Shown: piece by piece, positions 37,787-47,627 of the stretch
How the letters are laid out: each line of letters starts with the position of its first letter
Position numbering within the stretch: the stretch's first letter is position 1
Origin: a virus
Length of the DNA stretch: 64,000 nucleotides
Virus record (IMG/VR): IMGVR_UViG_3300042482_001698
Location: 19,755 to 83,754 of that record
Strand: one strand, 5' to 3'
The notes under the pieces: generated by a model
What the model was told of the DNA's origin: nothing
The model's input: the letters and a program-made list of their open reading frames with translations, nothing else
The model's database searches: none
Translations under genes and position numbers: made by a program

Positions 37787-38041
37787 TCAAATTAATTCAA
37801 GAACTTTTGGTTCTTTGCCAATATAAGTTTCATAACATCTTATTGCCTTACTTCCATTAAGGGTGAATACATCACCATGTTTTAATGGTTTGTTCCAATA
37901 AGGAATAAGAACTTCAGCATTTTTTAATCCCAAAATAATATTCTCCATGCTGTTCGGCAATGTTTGACTCGCCAAAGCAACAGGATCAATAGTATTGACA
38001 CGAAAAGTGTATTCAGGAAAATTATCCATATTTTTAATCAT
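37787..38041 (-). CDS. stand-alone copy of the shared C-terminal domain
   Basis: YTFRVN.ID...SQ.LP...KPLKHGD.FTL.G.KAI.C...YIGK.PK.LE. Confidence 0.75.
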   Translation of the reverse strand: MIKNMDNFPEYTFRVNTIDPVALASQTLPNSMENIILGLKNAEVLIPYWNKPLKHGDVFTLNGSKAIRCYETYIGKEPKVLELI

Positions 38042-38138
38042 TAAAAACCTTGAAACACAATTTGTTTTAAAAAATTATTTTTTTTACTAGCTTCACAATA
38101 CAATATTATGTATCACAACAAAAATATTTTGGTCAAAA

Positions 38139-38588
38139 ATGAAAGCAAATCAAGAGTATTGGCGTAGCCCACAACCTCATCCACTTAATCCTAATACGAA
38201 TGATGCAAAAATATATAAAGAATATATGCTTGATGGATCTACATTGCTTCTTGGATGCACAAAAAAGCTGGTTTCCATATCAGATTATCAGATGGATTTA
38301 GATCCTTGGCTCAAAGGTCCAAATGTCATAAAGGGCGATTGGATAGAGAACAATCAAGATTTTGTCAATATTATCGGCGATGGAGTTATGAATCTCACCA
38401 AAGATTTAGCAAATGGTCTTTTGAAAATGGCAAAAAAACATTCTAAAAACTTAGTCGTCAGAAGCTTCAAAAGAAAAGAATCTTGGATGAGAGTTGCAGA
38501 TTATTTTCCCGAAGCTAAAGATTTTAAGATAACTCCATATATCTCAAGACAACTAATTGATTATAATTTTTATGTTTGGAGATTTTGA
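38139..38588 (+). CDS. hypothetical protein, methyltransferase-like fold
   Basis: LLLGCT...DLDP...IKGDW...IIGDG. Confidence 0.5.
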   Translation: MKANQEYWRSPQPHPLNPNTNDAKIYKEYMLDGSTLLLGCTKKLVSISDYQMDLDPWLKGPNVIKGDWIENNQDFVNIIGDGVMNLTKDLANGLLKMAKKHSKNLVVRSFKRKESWMRVADYFPEAKDFKITPYISRQLIDYNFYVWRF

Positions 38589-39622
38589 TGCATAATCCGA
38601 ATGTTGATGTTAAGAATATAATAGACAAATTTGAAAAAAGCCAATGGATTTACAGCCCCAATTTTGATTCAATTAAACATTTCCCTGTTATTACGAGAGA
38701 AGAATTAAGAAATATGCCAATGGAAAAAGGCATGTTTGAATGTAGCACTTCAGGCTCAACAGGCGAATCTCTTAAAGTACAAAAAAGTTATGCAGATTAT
38801 GTCTGGTACACGGCTACGAACGTAAGGGAAATGATCTGGAGGAAATGGGATTTCACAAAGAATATTGCCGTGATAAGGCCTGATTCAAAAATAAGAGACT
38901 TGAGTGGGTGGGGCATTCCACAAAACATTGCTCCAATACAAGGGAATACATATCAAATAAATTTTGCACCTATTTCTCAAATCCAATCTTGGCTTGAGGA
39001 AAAGAATCCTCACTACATTCACAGTAGGCCATCTATTCTTGCTGAACTAGATTTGACTAAAATACCAAACCTTATTGATGTTAAAAGCACAGGTGAACTC
39101 GGTGGGACAATGTTCAGCAGCGAAGAGTGCGGAACGATTTCAATTCAATGTCCTGACAATCCTTCCGTCCATCATGTGATGGAAAACCAAATCGTCGAAG
39201 TAGACGAATCTGGAAACATGATCATTACGACTATGACAAACAAATACGTCAAAAGATATAAAAATGGCGATTGCATTGAGCTTGGAGAATGTAATTGTGG
39301 TAGAAAATTACAAACAATCAAAAAAATAAATGGTCGTGTAAGAAATATGTTCGTTCTGCCAAATGGTGACAAAAAGTGGCCATTGATTGGAAGTAAAGTC
39401 TATTATGAACAATTTGGCATTAAAAGGTATAAAGTAATTCAAAAATCAATCGAAGAATTAGAGCTTCATATTATTGCGGAAAATCTTGGAGAAAGAGAAA
39501 AAGAGCTTCAAGCCGTTGTTAAAAAATGGCTTGAAGCAGAAGTAAATGTGACAATTAAATATGTTGAATCATTCCCTAATTATAAGCATGAAGAATTCAT
39601 CAGCTTAGTCAACTATCTCTAA
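38588..39622 (+). CDS. phenylacetate-CoA ligase/CapK-like adenylate-forming enzyme
   Basis: STSGSTG, TGE, SSEECG, RYKNGD, CNCGR, GR motifs. Confidence 0.8.
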   Translation: MHNPNVDVKNIIDKFEKSQWIYSPNFDSIKHFPVITREELRNMPMEKGMFECSTSGSTGESLKVQKSYADYVWYTATNVREMIWRKWDFTKNIAVIRPDSKIRDLSGWGIPQNIAPIQGNTYQINFAPISQIQSWLEEKNPHYIHSRPSILAELDLTKIPNLIDVKSTGELGGTMFSSEECGTISIQCPDNPSVHHVMENQIVEVDESGNMIITTMTNKYVKRYKNGDCIELGECNCGRKLQTIKKINGRVRNMFVLPNGDKKWPLIGSKVYYEQFGIKRYKVIQKSIEELELHIIAENLGEREKELQAVVKKWLEAEVNVTIKYVESFPNYKHEEFISLVNYL

Positions 39623-40907
39623 TATTTTTGGCAATTTACCAATATATTGCTGACTGCACTTAATTGCTTTTTGACCATACAAAGTAAATGTATCACCATG
39701 CTTCAAAGGCTTATCGACATAAGGAACATAAACACTTTGATTTTCAAGATTAAGAATAATATGTTCTAAACTGTCTGGAAGATTTTGACTGACTATAGCC
39801 GTGTAATCTATAACATTAACTCTAAATGTAATTGTTGGATTAAGATAGGTTAGCCTGCTTGGTTCAACAATAAGGTCTAAAAAAGCCTGAGCAATAATTT
39901 GCCGCTCAGAATTGTCCATGTATTCGTTTTCGTCTTTTGCAATTAGTAGAAAATAAATTTCATCAATTCCAGTTAAATTTTGCAAACAATGATCATCATG
40001 CTCATTGTCGGCATCATAAAGATGAACAATTCCACTTCCGTTTCCGGGTACAAAAATAAAATGATTGATAGATGGATCGTTAGAGTCATAAACTTGCTTA
40101 TTAAAACATGTAAATTGGCGACCTTTACTTGTCAAAGTAAACACATTAACTTCATAATCACCATTGCCATCAGCGCCAATATCTCCTGTGATTGAAAATT
40201 CTTCAATATCAATACCAGTTGCCGCCATCACAAACATGTCTGGATACATATTTGTAAAATATTGGCTCCCAGCACCAAAATATGAACTGCCATCGGCAAT
40301 TATTCCATCCATGGGAGGATCAGTGTAATCTCCACTTCCTTCTGCAACTGCAACAGTATGAGTGTATGGAATGGAATTAGCACGGGCAGTATCATTATCT
40401 ACACCATCATTATCCATATTGGCATAAAGCTGAGTTAGATTTGTATTTAGGCAATTTGCATCATCATACATGTCACCGCCACCATCAGAAATGTTGGTGT
40501 TAACTCCATCATCTTCTGGTTCGTCGCTGAAATAATATGGATTGATAATGTTTTCAGTGATTGTTTGATATCCAAGATTCAATCTTGTCAAAACTGCTTC
40601 AATACCCATAATATTCCTTTTTCAATGTGATTTACAAATTCACTGTCTCAATATTTTTTGCAATGATTAATAATTCATCAGCTTAGTTAACTAGCTCTAG
40701 TATTTTCGGTAACTTGCCAATATACTGCTGATAACACTTAATTGCTTTTTGTCCATACAAGGTAAATGTATCGCCATGCTTCAAAGGTTTATCAACATAA
40801 GAAACATAAACAGTTTGATTTTCAAGATTAAGAACAATATGTTCTATTCTATCTGGAAGATTCTGACTGACTATAGCCGTGTAATCTATAACATTAACTC
40901 TAAATGT
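39594..40907. repeat. 236-bp direct repeat pair (39594-39829 and 40672-40907)
   Basis: colinear at offset 1078; 44-bp identical block at 39786-39829 and 40864-40907. Confidence 0.85.
39605..40609 (-). CDS. acidic N-terminal module fused to the shared C-terminal domain
   Basis: D/G-rich N-terminus (ISDGGGDMYD); shared tail. Confidence 0.75.
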   Translation of the reverse strand: MGIEAVLTRLNLGYQTITENIINPYYFSDEPEDDGVNTNISDGGGDMYDDANCLNTNLTQLYANMDNDGVDNDTARANSIPYTHTVAVAEGSGDYTDPPMDGIIADGSSYFGAGSQYFTNMYPDMFVMAATGIDIEEFSITGDIGADGNGDYEVNVFTLTSKGRQFTCFNKQVYDSNDPSINHFIFVPGNGSGIVHLYDADNEHDDHCLQNLTGIDEIYFLLIAKDENEYMDNSERQIIAQAFLDLIVEPSRLTYLNPTITFRVNVIDYTAIVSQNLPDSLEHIILNLENQSVYVPYVDKPLKHGDTFTLYGQKAIKCSQQYIGKLPKILEIVD

Positions 40908-41999
40908 GTAAGCTGGTAATGGATAATTTGTACTTGTATCATCCGTTATGGCCATAGTACTGCCGTAGCCTCCGGCTGAAACGAATTTCCAATTTTTGTC
41001 TGAAGCAATTTGAATTGGTGAAGAACTGTCATTTTCAGTTCCGTTTCCTAATTTACCGCTGTAGTTGTCTCCCCATACCCATAAAGTACCATTAGACTTT
41101 AATGCGACAACACTACTGGTTCCAGCAGAAGCACTTGCCCAATTAGAAGCATTTCCGACTTGAACTGGAGACGATACTATTGCTGTATATCCGTTCCCTA
41201 ATGCTCCGCTGTCTCCCTCGCCCCATGCCCAGAGAGTGCCATTTTCTTTCAGTGCTACTGCATTATATAAACTGACAGAAACACTTGACCAATTACTTAG
41301 ACTTCCAACTTGAGCAGGCGAAGACAAACTAATGGTATCGCCGTTTCCCAAAATTCCAAAATTTCCTTCTCCCCAAGACCAAAGAGTTCCATTGTTTTTT
41401 ATGGCAAAAGAAGATAAAGCTGAAGCAGAAATTTGCTTCCAATCATTATCTGTTGTTATTTGAACTGGGGAAGAATATGTAAATGTGTCATTTTGACCCA
41501 ATTGTCCACTACTACCTTCTCCCCATCCCCAAAGAGTTCCATCTGTTTTGATTGCTAATGCATGGGCACCTGTATTTGAAATTTGATCCCAATTAGAATC
41601 ACTTCCAACCTGCACAGGAGATGATCTAGCATCGGTATCATTTAATCCAAGAATACCAGAATAATTAACTCCCCATGTCCACAAAGTGCCATCTGATCTA
41701 ATAGCAGAATTATTGAAAAATCCTGCTGAAATTTCTTTCCATGAAAAACTTCCTATTTGAACTGGAGATGAATAACTAATGTTTTCGTTATTTCCAATTG
41801 ATCCTCCTGAGCCTTCGCCCCAAGACCAAAGTGTTCCATTTGTTTTAATGCCAAGAGTATGAGTGGAACTGGTAGAAACTTTTGCCCAAACGCCTCCAGA
41901 TAGTATGTTTTGAACTGGAGAAGATCTGTTAATAACAGTTCCATCTCCTAATACACCAGAATTGTTAATCCCCCACGCCCAAAGCTCATTGCCAGCCAT
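40683..41999 (-). CDS. RCC1/BLIP-II repeat beta-propeller fused to the shared C-terminal domain
   Basis: about seven GTLW.WG....G.LG........SSPVQ repeats. Confidence 0.9.
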   Translation of the reverse strand: MAGNELWAWGINNSGVLGDGTVINRSSPVQNILSGGVWAKVSTSSTHTLGIKTNGTLWSWGEGSGGSIGNNENISYSSPVQIGSFSWKEISAGFFNNSAIRSDGTLWTWGVNYSGILGLNDTDARSSPVQVGSDSNWDQISNTGAHALAIKTDGTLWGWGEGSSGQLGQNDTFTYSSPVQITTDNDWKQISASALSSFAIKNNGTLWSWGEGNFGILGNGDTISLSSPAQVGSLSNWSSVSVSLYNAVALKENGTLWAWGEGDSGALGNGYTAIVSSPVQVGNASNWASASAGTSSVVALKSNGTLWVWGDNYSGKLGNGTENDSSSPIQIASDKNWKFVSAGGYGSTMAITDDTSTNYPLPAYTFRVNVIDYTAIVSQNLPDRIEHIVLNLENQTVYVSYVDKPLKHGDTFTLYGQKAIKCYQQYIGKLPKILELVN

Positions 42000-42008
42000 A
42001 ATGCTCCT

Positions 42009-42587
42009 TTACTTTATTTTCTTGAAAACAGAATATGGATAATTTTCATTATATTTCTTGTTATCTTTTCCAAATTTTACAAATGTGCCGCTATCATTTT
42101 TCACTGATAATGGTTCAAATGAATCAGCAATACTTGTATCTGTCATCTTGAAATTTGAATTATAAATTACAAAATAACCATCCTTGTTGAGCTTATTGGA
42201 CAATTCAATAACAGCTTTCTCAAATTTAGAGAAAGGATAAATTTCACTGCAATCTTCTTTATTTTCCAATTGTGGATATCGACAGAAAACAGATAATGCA
42301 AAAATAAAATCAAATGTACCATGACCTTCAACCGTTGTATCATAAGATATTTTATCACTATTTTTCATTCTATTAGCAACTTTTATAAGTCTTTTATTAA
42401 TATCAACTCCAACAATTTCCGATTCTGGGAAGTAATTTTTTAATGTTTTGCATTCTAATCCAATTGAACATCCGAAAGACATAATTCGGATTTTTCCTGT
42501 TTTTAATTTTGAACAGTAATCAAACAAATCAGGATAACGATTGTTTTTCGTTATTCCAATATATTGATGTGTTTTATTTCTATCCAT
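42009..42587 (-). CDS. class I SAM-dependent methyltransferase
   Basis: MSFGCSIGLE, GVDIN, FDFIFALSV. Confidence 0.8.
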   Translation of the reverse strand: MDRNKTHQYIGITKNNRYPDLFDYCSKLKTGKIRIMSFGCSIGLECKTLKNYFPESEIVGVDINKRLIKVANRMKNSDKISYDTTVEGHGTFDFIFALSVFCRYPQLENKEDCSEIYPFSKFEKAVIELSNKLNKDGYFVIYNSNFKMTDTSIADSFEPLSVKNDSGTFVKFGKDNKKYNENYPYSVFKKIK

Positions 42588-42650
42588 AATATTCCTTAAA
42601 ATAAGTTTTAATTCACTTCTTTATCCTAAATGCATAAAAAATCACCTATG

Positions 42651-42658
42651 TATTTATA
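42651..42658 (-). promoter_or_regulatory. T4-like late promoter consensus TATAAATA
   Basis: exact TATAAATA on the minus strand ahead of the 42587-39605 run. Confidence 0.5.
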
Positions 42659-42743
42659 AAATTTTCTTCAGATTTAATTTGACAACAGACTTTATTGGTA
42701 ATATTTTATGTATATGGCTATTTATTTTTGATCAGAGGCATCT

Positions 42744-43646
42744 ATGAATAAGTCTGATTTTTCTCACGAAAAAATTAAATTCTTTCATCATGTTAGTTTT
42801 GATGACATTAATCAACGTATGAAAATAATGGGAATAATTCCCGAACACAAAGAATTCCAGAAAAGTCTAAACAAAGTTCAAAAAATCAAGACTGATAAAA
42901 TAAACCCAGAAATGCTTCCATGTTATCAATCTGCTCTCCTCAACTTCCCACAAGAACAACATCTTTTCAGAAAACTTAATTTTTTGAAATATCGTGCAAA
43001 GAATTTATTTGCTAATACAGACGTAAAATACCCAGAAGCGAAAAAAAAACTTGCAAATCATATTCATCGAAAATCTCTCGAAGTCAGAAACCAAATTGCT
43101 GAATGCAATTTCCGTTTAGCAACGCAAATCATGAAACATAAAAATGCAATGCAAGATGGCAACAGCACTGAACAAATGCTAAGTGATGCTTATTTCGATG
43201 TTTTGAAAGCTGTTGATTACTTCAACTGGACACTTGGCCACAGGTTTTCAACATATGCTACTTGGGTAGTGAAAAAGAATTTCTTTCGAGACGCTAAGAC
43301 CAAAATGAATCAGGCTGAAAAAGTTGCCTACCTCGATGATTCCCGTGCGGAAATGATCGAGGACAGAGGAACTGGAGAAGCTGATGAAAAGAACCATGAG
43401 TCGAGACAATGTCTAATTAAACGACTGATTGGAATGCTGGTTCGTGAGAATATTGGCACAGACAGAGTGAGACAGGCATATGTGCTTGAAAAATACTTCG
43501 GGGTTAACGGTCGTGATAAAATGACGCTTGAACAAATCAGCGAAGAAGTAGGAGTCACGAAAGAAAGAGTCCGACAGTTAAAAGAAAAAGGCTTAGAATG
43601 GATTAGGGAAAAGGTGCTGGAATTAGGACTTTCTATTGATGATTAG
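42744..43646 (+). CDS. sigma-70 family sigma factor (RpoD-like regions 2 and 4)
   Basis: RNQIAECNFRLA, KAVDYF...GHRFSTYATW, TLEQI..EVGVTKERVRQL. Confidence 0.9.
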   Translation: MNKSDFSHEKIKFFHHVSFDDINQRMKIMGIIPEHKEFQKSLNKVQKIKTDKINPEMLPCYQSALLNFPQEQHLFRKLNFLKYRAKNLFANTDVKYPEAKKKLANHIHRKSLEVRNQIAECNFRLATQIMKHKNAMQDGNSTEQMLSDAYFDVLKAVDYFNWTLGHRFSTYATWVVKKNFFRDAKTKMNQAEKVAYLDDSRAEMIEDRGTGEADEKNHESRQCLIKRLIGMLVRENIGTDRVRQAYVLEKYFGVNGRDKMTLEQISEEVGVTKERVRQLKEKGLEWIREKVLELGLSIDD

Positions 43647-43654
43647 ATTTTTGC

Positions 43655-43683
43655 TTTACATTCAATAAAAAGACGAGTATACT
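43655..43683 (+). promoter_or_regulatory. sigma70-type promoter
   Basis: TTTACA-17 nt-TATACT. Confidence 0.65.
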
Positions 43684-43778
43684 GATTTTGTTGACGCAAA
43701 CGATGTGGTCCTGACTCACAATGTGTGGTAAGTCAGGTCAACCTTCGCAAAGTATGTGTCAGCAAAGGGTTAGATGAC

Positions 43779-44672
43779 ATGTCAACTAAGCGTGCTGTTT
43801 CTTCGCAACAGATTTCCTCTACTGTTGCCTCTGTGGGTGTCAAAAAAACTGGTCTGGCTGGTCTTGCCAATATTGCCAGTAAGTCATCGTCGTCAAACAA
43901 CAAGCCCCAGAAATGGGAAATGCCTTTGACTCCTGAGTCTCAATTGCAGGCTCAACGATGGATCGCCGCCAAAAGCGTCCTTGAGCCTGTGATGGCTCGT
44001 GTCGAGAACAGCAAGGACGAATTCGTCCAATATGCCATGGGTGTGATGGCCCAGAAGCTTTTCGACAGCAAGAGCAAACCCTCCAACCCAGTTGTTGTCA
44101 TCCGCAAAGAGGATGGGAGCATCGATAGCACTTTTCAGTTTTTGATGACAGACAAGTTCAAAGTGAAGCTGCCTGAAGCTCCAGTTGATCAGGATGTAGC
44201 AGAATTTTACGCTACCATCTTTTCTGATTTGGGTTTGCATCCTCACGATGCTAACAATTTGGTTGAAAGCGAACTCGATCTTTCGCCAAGCATTGAATTC
44301 CGCAGTCCCAAAGAATTGACTTCGGGTCGTTACGGCGAGAACAGGGAATGGGTCGAATCCACTCCAGCAGAAAAGTTGGCAGGTGAAAAAATGACTGCCC
44401 TTGTCTTGTGGAATGGACAAGGTAAAGCTCCTGCTGCTTTGACCGATGAAGAGAAGGCTTTGGTGGTTGTGAGTTCAGCTTCCGTGAAAATCAGGGCTGG
44501 GTTCTTTGATCGTCTCTCAACCTATTGCCGTTCTGTGGATCAGGTTGTGGCAGTTTTAGGCTTGATCCAACCTGTAGTCTATCCAGCGTATGCTAAGTTT
44601 GCCACGAATGATTCTGTGACAGTGCAGGCACAGCGAAAAATCACGGCTGCTGCGGAAATTTTAGGTGGATAA
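43779..44672 (+). CDS. hypothetical protein with relatively GC-rich codons
   Basis: MSTKRAVSS...; has its own promoter and terminator. Confidence 0.75.
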   Translation: MSTKRAVSSQQISSTVASVGVKKTGLAGLANIASKSSSSNNKPQKWEMPLTPESQLQAQRWIAAKSVLEPVMARVENSKDEFVQYAMGVMAQKLFDSKSKPSNPVVVIRKEDGSIDSTFQFLMTDKFKVKLPEAPVDQDVAEFYATIFSDLGLHPHDANNLVESELDLSPSIEFRSPKELTSGRYGENREWVESTPAEKLAGEKMTALVLWNGQGKAPAALTDEEKALVVVSSASVKIRAGFFDRLSTYCRSVDQVVAVLGLIQPVVYPAYAKFATNDSVTVQAQRKITAAAEILGG

Positions 44673-44691
44673 TAAAACCTAAAGTTGTTAA

Positions 44692-44730
44692 TATAAGGGG
44701 GAAGGCTCAATGCTTTCCCCCTTATAATTT
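44692..44730 (+). terminator. intrinsic terminator
   Basis: TATAAGGGGGAA/TTCCCCCTTATA. Confidence 0.7.
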
Positions 44731-44741
44731 GCTGGTGAATT

Positions 44742-45323
44742 ATGACAATTGATTTTTCAGAAAATAGTTACAAGTTAACTGAATCATTAAGTTTGTGTAA
44801 ATCAGTTAAGCAAAAAGCATGTTTGATTATTGATTTTTACAATTCAAGGCGTATCAATGGATCATTAGAGCCAAGATGGATTCATCGTGCTTACGAATTA
44901 TTGCAAGAATATATTGATGACAAAATAGACAAAAAAGATTATTCTATTTGTGCAGAATTAATTCGTAGCCATGAAATGGCTGATGGTTCAGAGGTTCCTG
45001 CATTTCCGAATGTTCCTAGCAGTCCTGTAAGGATTATTCATGAGGGGTGGAAAATTGGCACACCAACTTGGATATTTCTTGGGAGGAATTATCCTGATGC
45101 AGCGCATGAAGTTGGATATGGTTGGGTTGTAGTTAAGCGTCAGGTTCCCAGTGATTTTTATAAATTATTTGATTCTTCTATTTCAGACACAGTTTGGATT
45201 GGGTATCATTTAAATGATCAGATGGGTTTTGATGCTACGAATGCCAATTGCATAGGGCCAGCAATTAATTATGAAGATTTGATTGCTGCAATAAAAAGGC
45301 AAACAATAAGTAATGGAAAATAA
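44742..45323 (+). CDS. hypothetical protein
   Basis: 193-aa ORF. Confidence 0.65.
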   Translation: MTIDFSENSYKLTESLSLCKSVKQKACLIIDFYNSRRINGSLEPRWIHRAYELLQEYIDDKIDKKDYSICAELIRSHEMADGSEVPAFPNVPSSPVRIIHEGWKIGTPTWIFLGRNYPDAAHEVGYGWVVVKRQVPSDFYKLFDSSISDTVWIGYHLNDQMGFDATNANCIGPAINYEDLIAAIKRQTISNGK

Positions 45324-45414
45324 ATATAACTTGATAGGTAGAATTGTTTTCATTTTTTCTTAGAAATATATTAACTGTCAGTGGTGTTTATTTTGTTGTC
45401 AATGGAATTTCATA

Positions 45415-45600
45415 ATGGAAATTGAAATTAACAAAGATGATATTTTGGATTATTTTGATGATGGGAAATCCATTCTTTTGTCTTACAGAAATATTTACAA
45501 GGAAATTAAAATTTTAACTCAAGTTAAAATTGAGGAAAACAAACATTCTATAGAAAATGTTTGTTTTGTTAAAAATAGAATTTTGCTCAACATTTCTTGA
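45415..45600 (+). CDS. hypothetical protein
   Basis: 61-aa ORF in a co-directional run. Confidence 0.4.
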   Translation: MEIEINKDDILDYFDDGKSILLSYRNIYKEIKILTQVKIEENKHSIENVCFVKNRILLNIS

Positions 45601-45624
45601 TATTTTCTAAATCTAGAATCATGA

Positions 45625-46302
45625 GTGGAAAGCTATTATATTTTCATGTATTATTGCACTGATAAAATTATTGTAAATCGCCATCTTGCTGGATGTTTTG
45701 CTGGGTCTTATTCAAATCATATAATATATATTTTTCAGCATAATTCAAAAGGTGCAATTGGTCTTTTGCTTAATGGCGGAAAGATCGGAAACATTACTAG
45801 CAATCAGTTGAAGGACATATTCAATACTAAGGAAGGAAAATATGAAAAATTTAAGGACATGTTGATTAATGGCAATTTGTCTGATATCCCTCTTTTCCTT
45901 GGCGGTAATGAAACGACCAAGGGAATTTATTTTATTCATTCCTATCCAGAATACAGTCAAATAATTGATTCACATGAAAACAAAGAAAAAATTACGTTAA
46001 ATTCGGTTATTGGTGAAGAGAAAAATAAGAATAAACTGAGAGAAGGAGTTTATTTCGGCACTCCTTTCACTTTTGCTGAAATTGTCGAGTCAGAAAAAAT
46101 TGATGTAAATAGGTTTCGTTTTTATTTTGGTCAGCAGTCTTGGGTTTCTGGCCAACTTGAATCAGAGATTCAGGCAGGTTATTGGTCAGTTATTGACGCT
46201 GATGAAGAATATTTTTTTAGTGAATCTAAATGTGAAAATCTTGCTTCTTTAAATCAAAAGCGGCCAGATTTTTTTTCTATGATAGCGCCAAGTCTTAATT
46301 AA
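45625..46302 (+). CDS. YqgE/AlgH family protein
   Basis: H...GAIGLLLN, LFLGG, FRFYFGQQSWVSGQLESEI..G.W. Confidence 0.8.
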   Translation: MESYYIFMYYCTDKIIVNRHLAGCFAGSYSNHIIYIFQHNSKGAIGLLLNGGKIGNITSNQLKDIFNTKEGKYEKFKDMLINGNLSDIPLFLGGNETTKGIYFIHSYPEYSQIIDSHENKEKITLNSVIGEEKNKNKLREGVYFGTPFTFAEIVESEKIDVNRFRFYFGQQSWVSGQLESEIQAGYWSVIDADEEYFFSESKCENLASLNQKRPDFFSMIAPSLN

Positions 46303-46367
46303 AAGAAATTTTGATTCATTTGTTTTATATTTTTTGCTTCCTTAAAATTATCTAGGAGGCAATTTTC

Positions 46368-46799
46368 ATGGACTTATCCTTTTTGAATAAATGTCTTGAT
46401 AAAGATTATTCTATTTGTTTTCGTTTGCCATGTCATAATTATGTTCCACGTCATTTCCACATAACAGAAGCTGCTGTTGTGGAGAAAAAATTCACGGACT
46501 GTGGTGGTAATAAGCATCAAGAAAAATATATTAGCTTACAGATTTGGGTATCAGATGATACAGATCATCAATTGACATCTGAAAAAATGCGTAAATTATT
46601 ATCAACGATTGATAAGGGCAATGAATGTTTGCCTGTAAAAATTGAATATGAAGAAAAAACTTTAGTTTTTTATGATATTTGTGAGGCACAATATAGTTCT
46701 GATCACTTGATCTTTAATTTGGGTCGGATTGTTGCTAAGTGTCTTGCTGAAGATCAATGCAAGCCAAAAACTAATTGTTGTAATTCTAACTGTTGTTGA
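46368..46799 (+). CDS. DUF6428-like Cys-rich protein
   Basis: VP.HFHITE, F.DCGG..H, LQIWV..D.DH, C-terminal CLA..QC...CC...CC. Confidence 0.7.
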   Translation: MDLSFLNKCLDKDYSICFRLPCHNYVPRHFHITEAAVVEKKFTDCGGNKHQEKYISLQIWVSDDTDHQLTSEKMRKLLSTIDKGNECLPVKIEYEEKTLVFYDICEAQYSSDHLIFNLGRIVAKCLAEDQCKPKTNCCNSNCC

Positions 46800-46809
46800 G
46801 GACATTCGC

Positions 46810-47067
46810 ATGTTTGAGCCTATGTTGCCTTTAGTCCAGCCTGAGACATGTTTTTCTATTGAAAAAGAATGCATGAATGTCAATGATATTGATCTTGTTA
46901 AAAAATTGTATAAACAAGTAAAGAAGAAAAACCCTGTTATTGCAACTTGGATTAATGCATGGGCCAAGAAGACCAAAGACAGATTTGGCGCTATGGCCTG
47001 TGCTCTGATTGTTTATCGTCTCCTTGAGAGTCAAGACGAGGCTGACATGATGAATGAACTTTTGTGA
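46810..47067 (+). CDS. hypothetical protein
   Basis: GAGGA RBS; ATG at 46810. Confidence 0.6.
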   Translation: MFEPMLPLVQPETCFSIEKECMNVNDIDLVKKLYKQVKKKNPVIATWINAWAKKTKDRFGAMACALIVYRLLESQDEADMMNELL

Positions 47068-47138
47068 AATTCTTGGTTGTGGGTCATTTTTGCTTATTGA
47101 TTGTCTAAATAAGTTAAAATGACTCATAACCAAGGAGC

Positions 47139-47570
47139 ATGATGGAAAAAGATTGTCGCACCTTGGGTGAAAAGGTAAGTGATTCAGTTGCTAGATTTGG
47201 AGGTTCTTGGAACTTTATCCTTTCTGGTTTTGCTATTATTTTAGCATGGGGCATAATTAACAATATTTATTTTCTTCCTCACTGGGATGAATATCCATTT
47301 ATTTTGTTAAATTTATTTCTTTCTCTCATAGCAGCTTTTCAAGCGCCATTTATTCTAATGGCACAGAAAAGAGTTGAAGTAAAACAAGACGCCATTTATA
47401 GGACTCTTTTCAGGGAAATCAAAGAATTAGTGGAAATTGATTTGAGTTTAGAGCATGAAGTTCTTGAGACAAATAAAAAGTTAGAACAAGAAATTCAACT
47501 CATTAAACAAATTTTAGAAAAGCCGCAAGATGAAGAAAGAAAAGATGAAGAGAAAAAAACAGTTTTCTAA
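47139..47570 (+). CDS. DUF1003 membrane protein
   Basis: D.VARFGGSW.FI, D.YPFILLNLFLS..AA.QAP.ILMAQ. Confidence 0.9.
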   Translation: MMEKDCRTLGEKVSDSVARFGGSWNFILSGFAIILAWGIINNIYFLPHWDEYPFILLNLFLSLIAAFQAPFILMAQKRVEVKQDAIYRTLFREIKELVEIDLSLEHEVLETNKKLEQEIQLIKQILEKPQDEERKDEEKKTVF

Positions 47571-47627
47571 GGAGGGGGCATTCCTGCTCGACCCTAAAAA
47601 GGTCAAGGTACATTACGCCACAATATC

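Noticed and set aside
39594-40907. Diversity-generating retroelement TR/VR pair
   Set aside because: Differences are not adenine-specific and look mostly synonymous, both copies are coding, and no reverse transcriptase is in the window.
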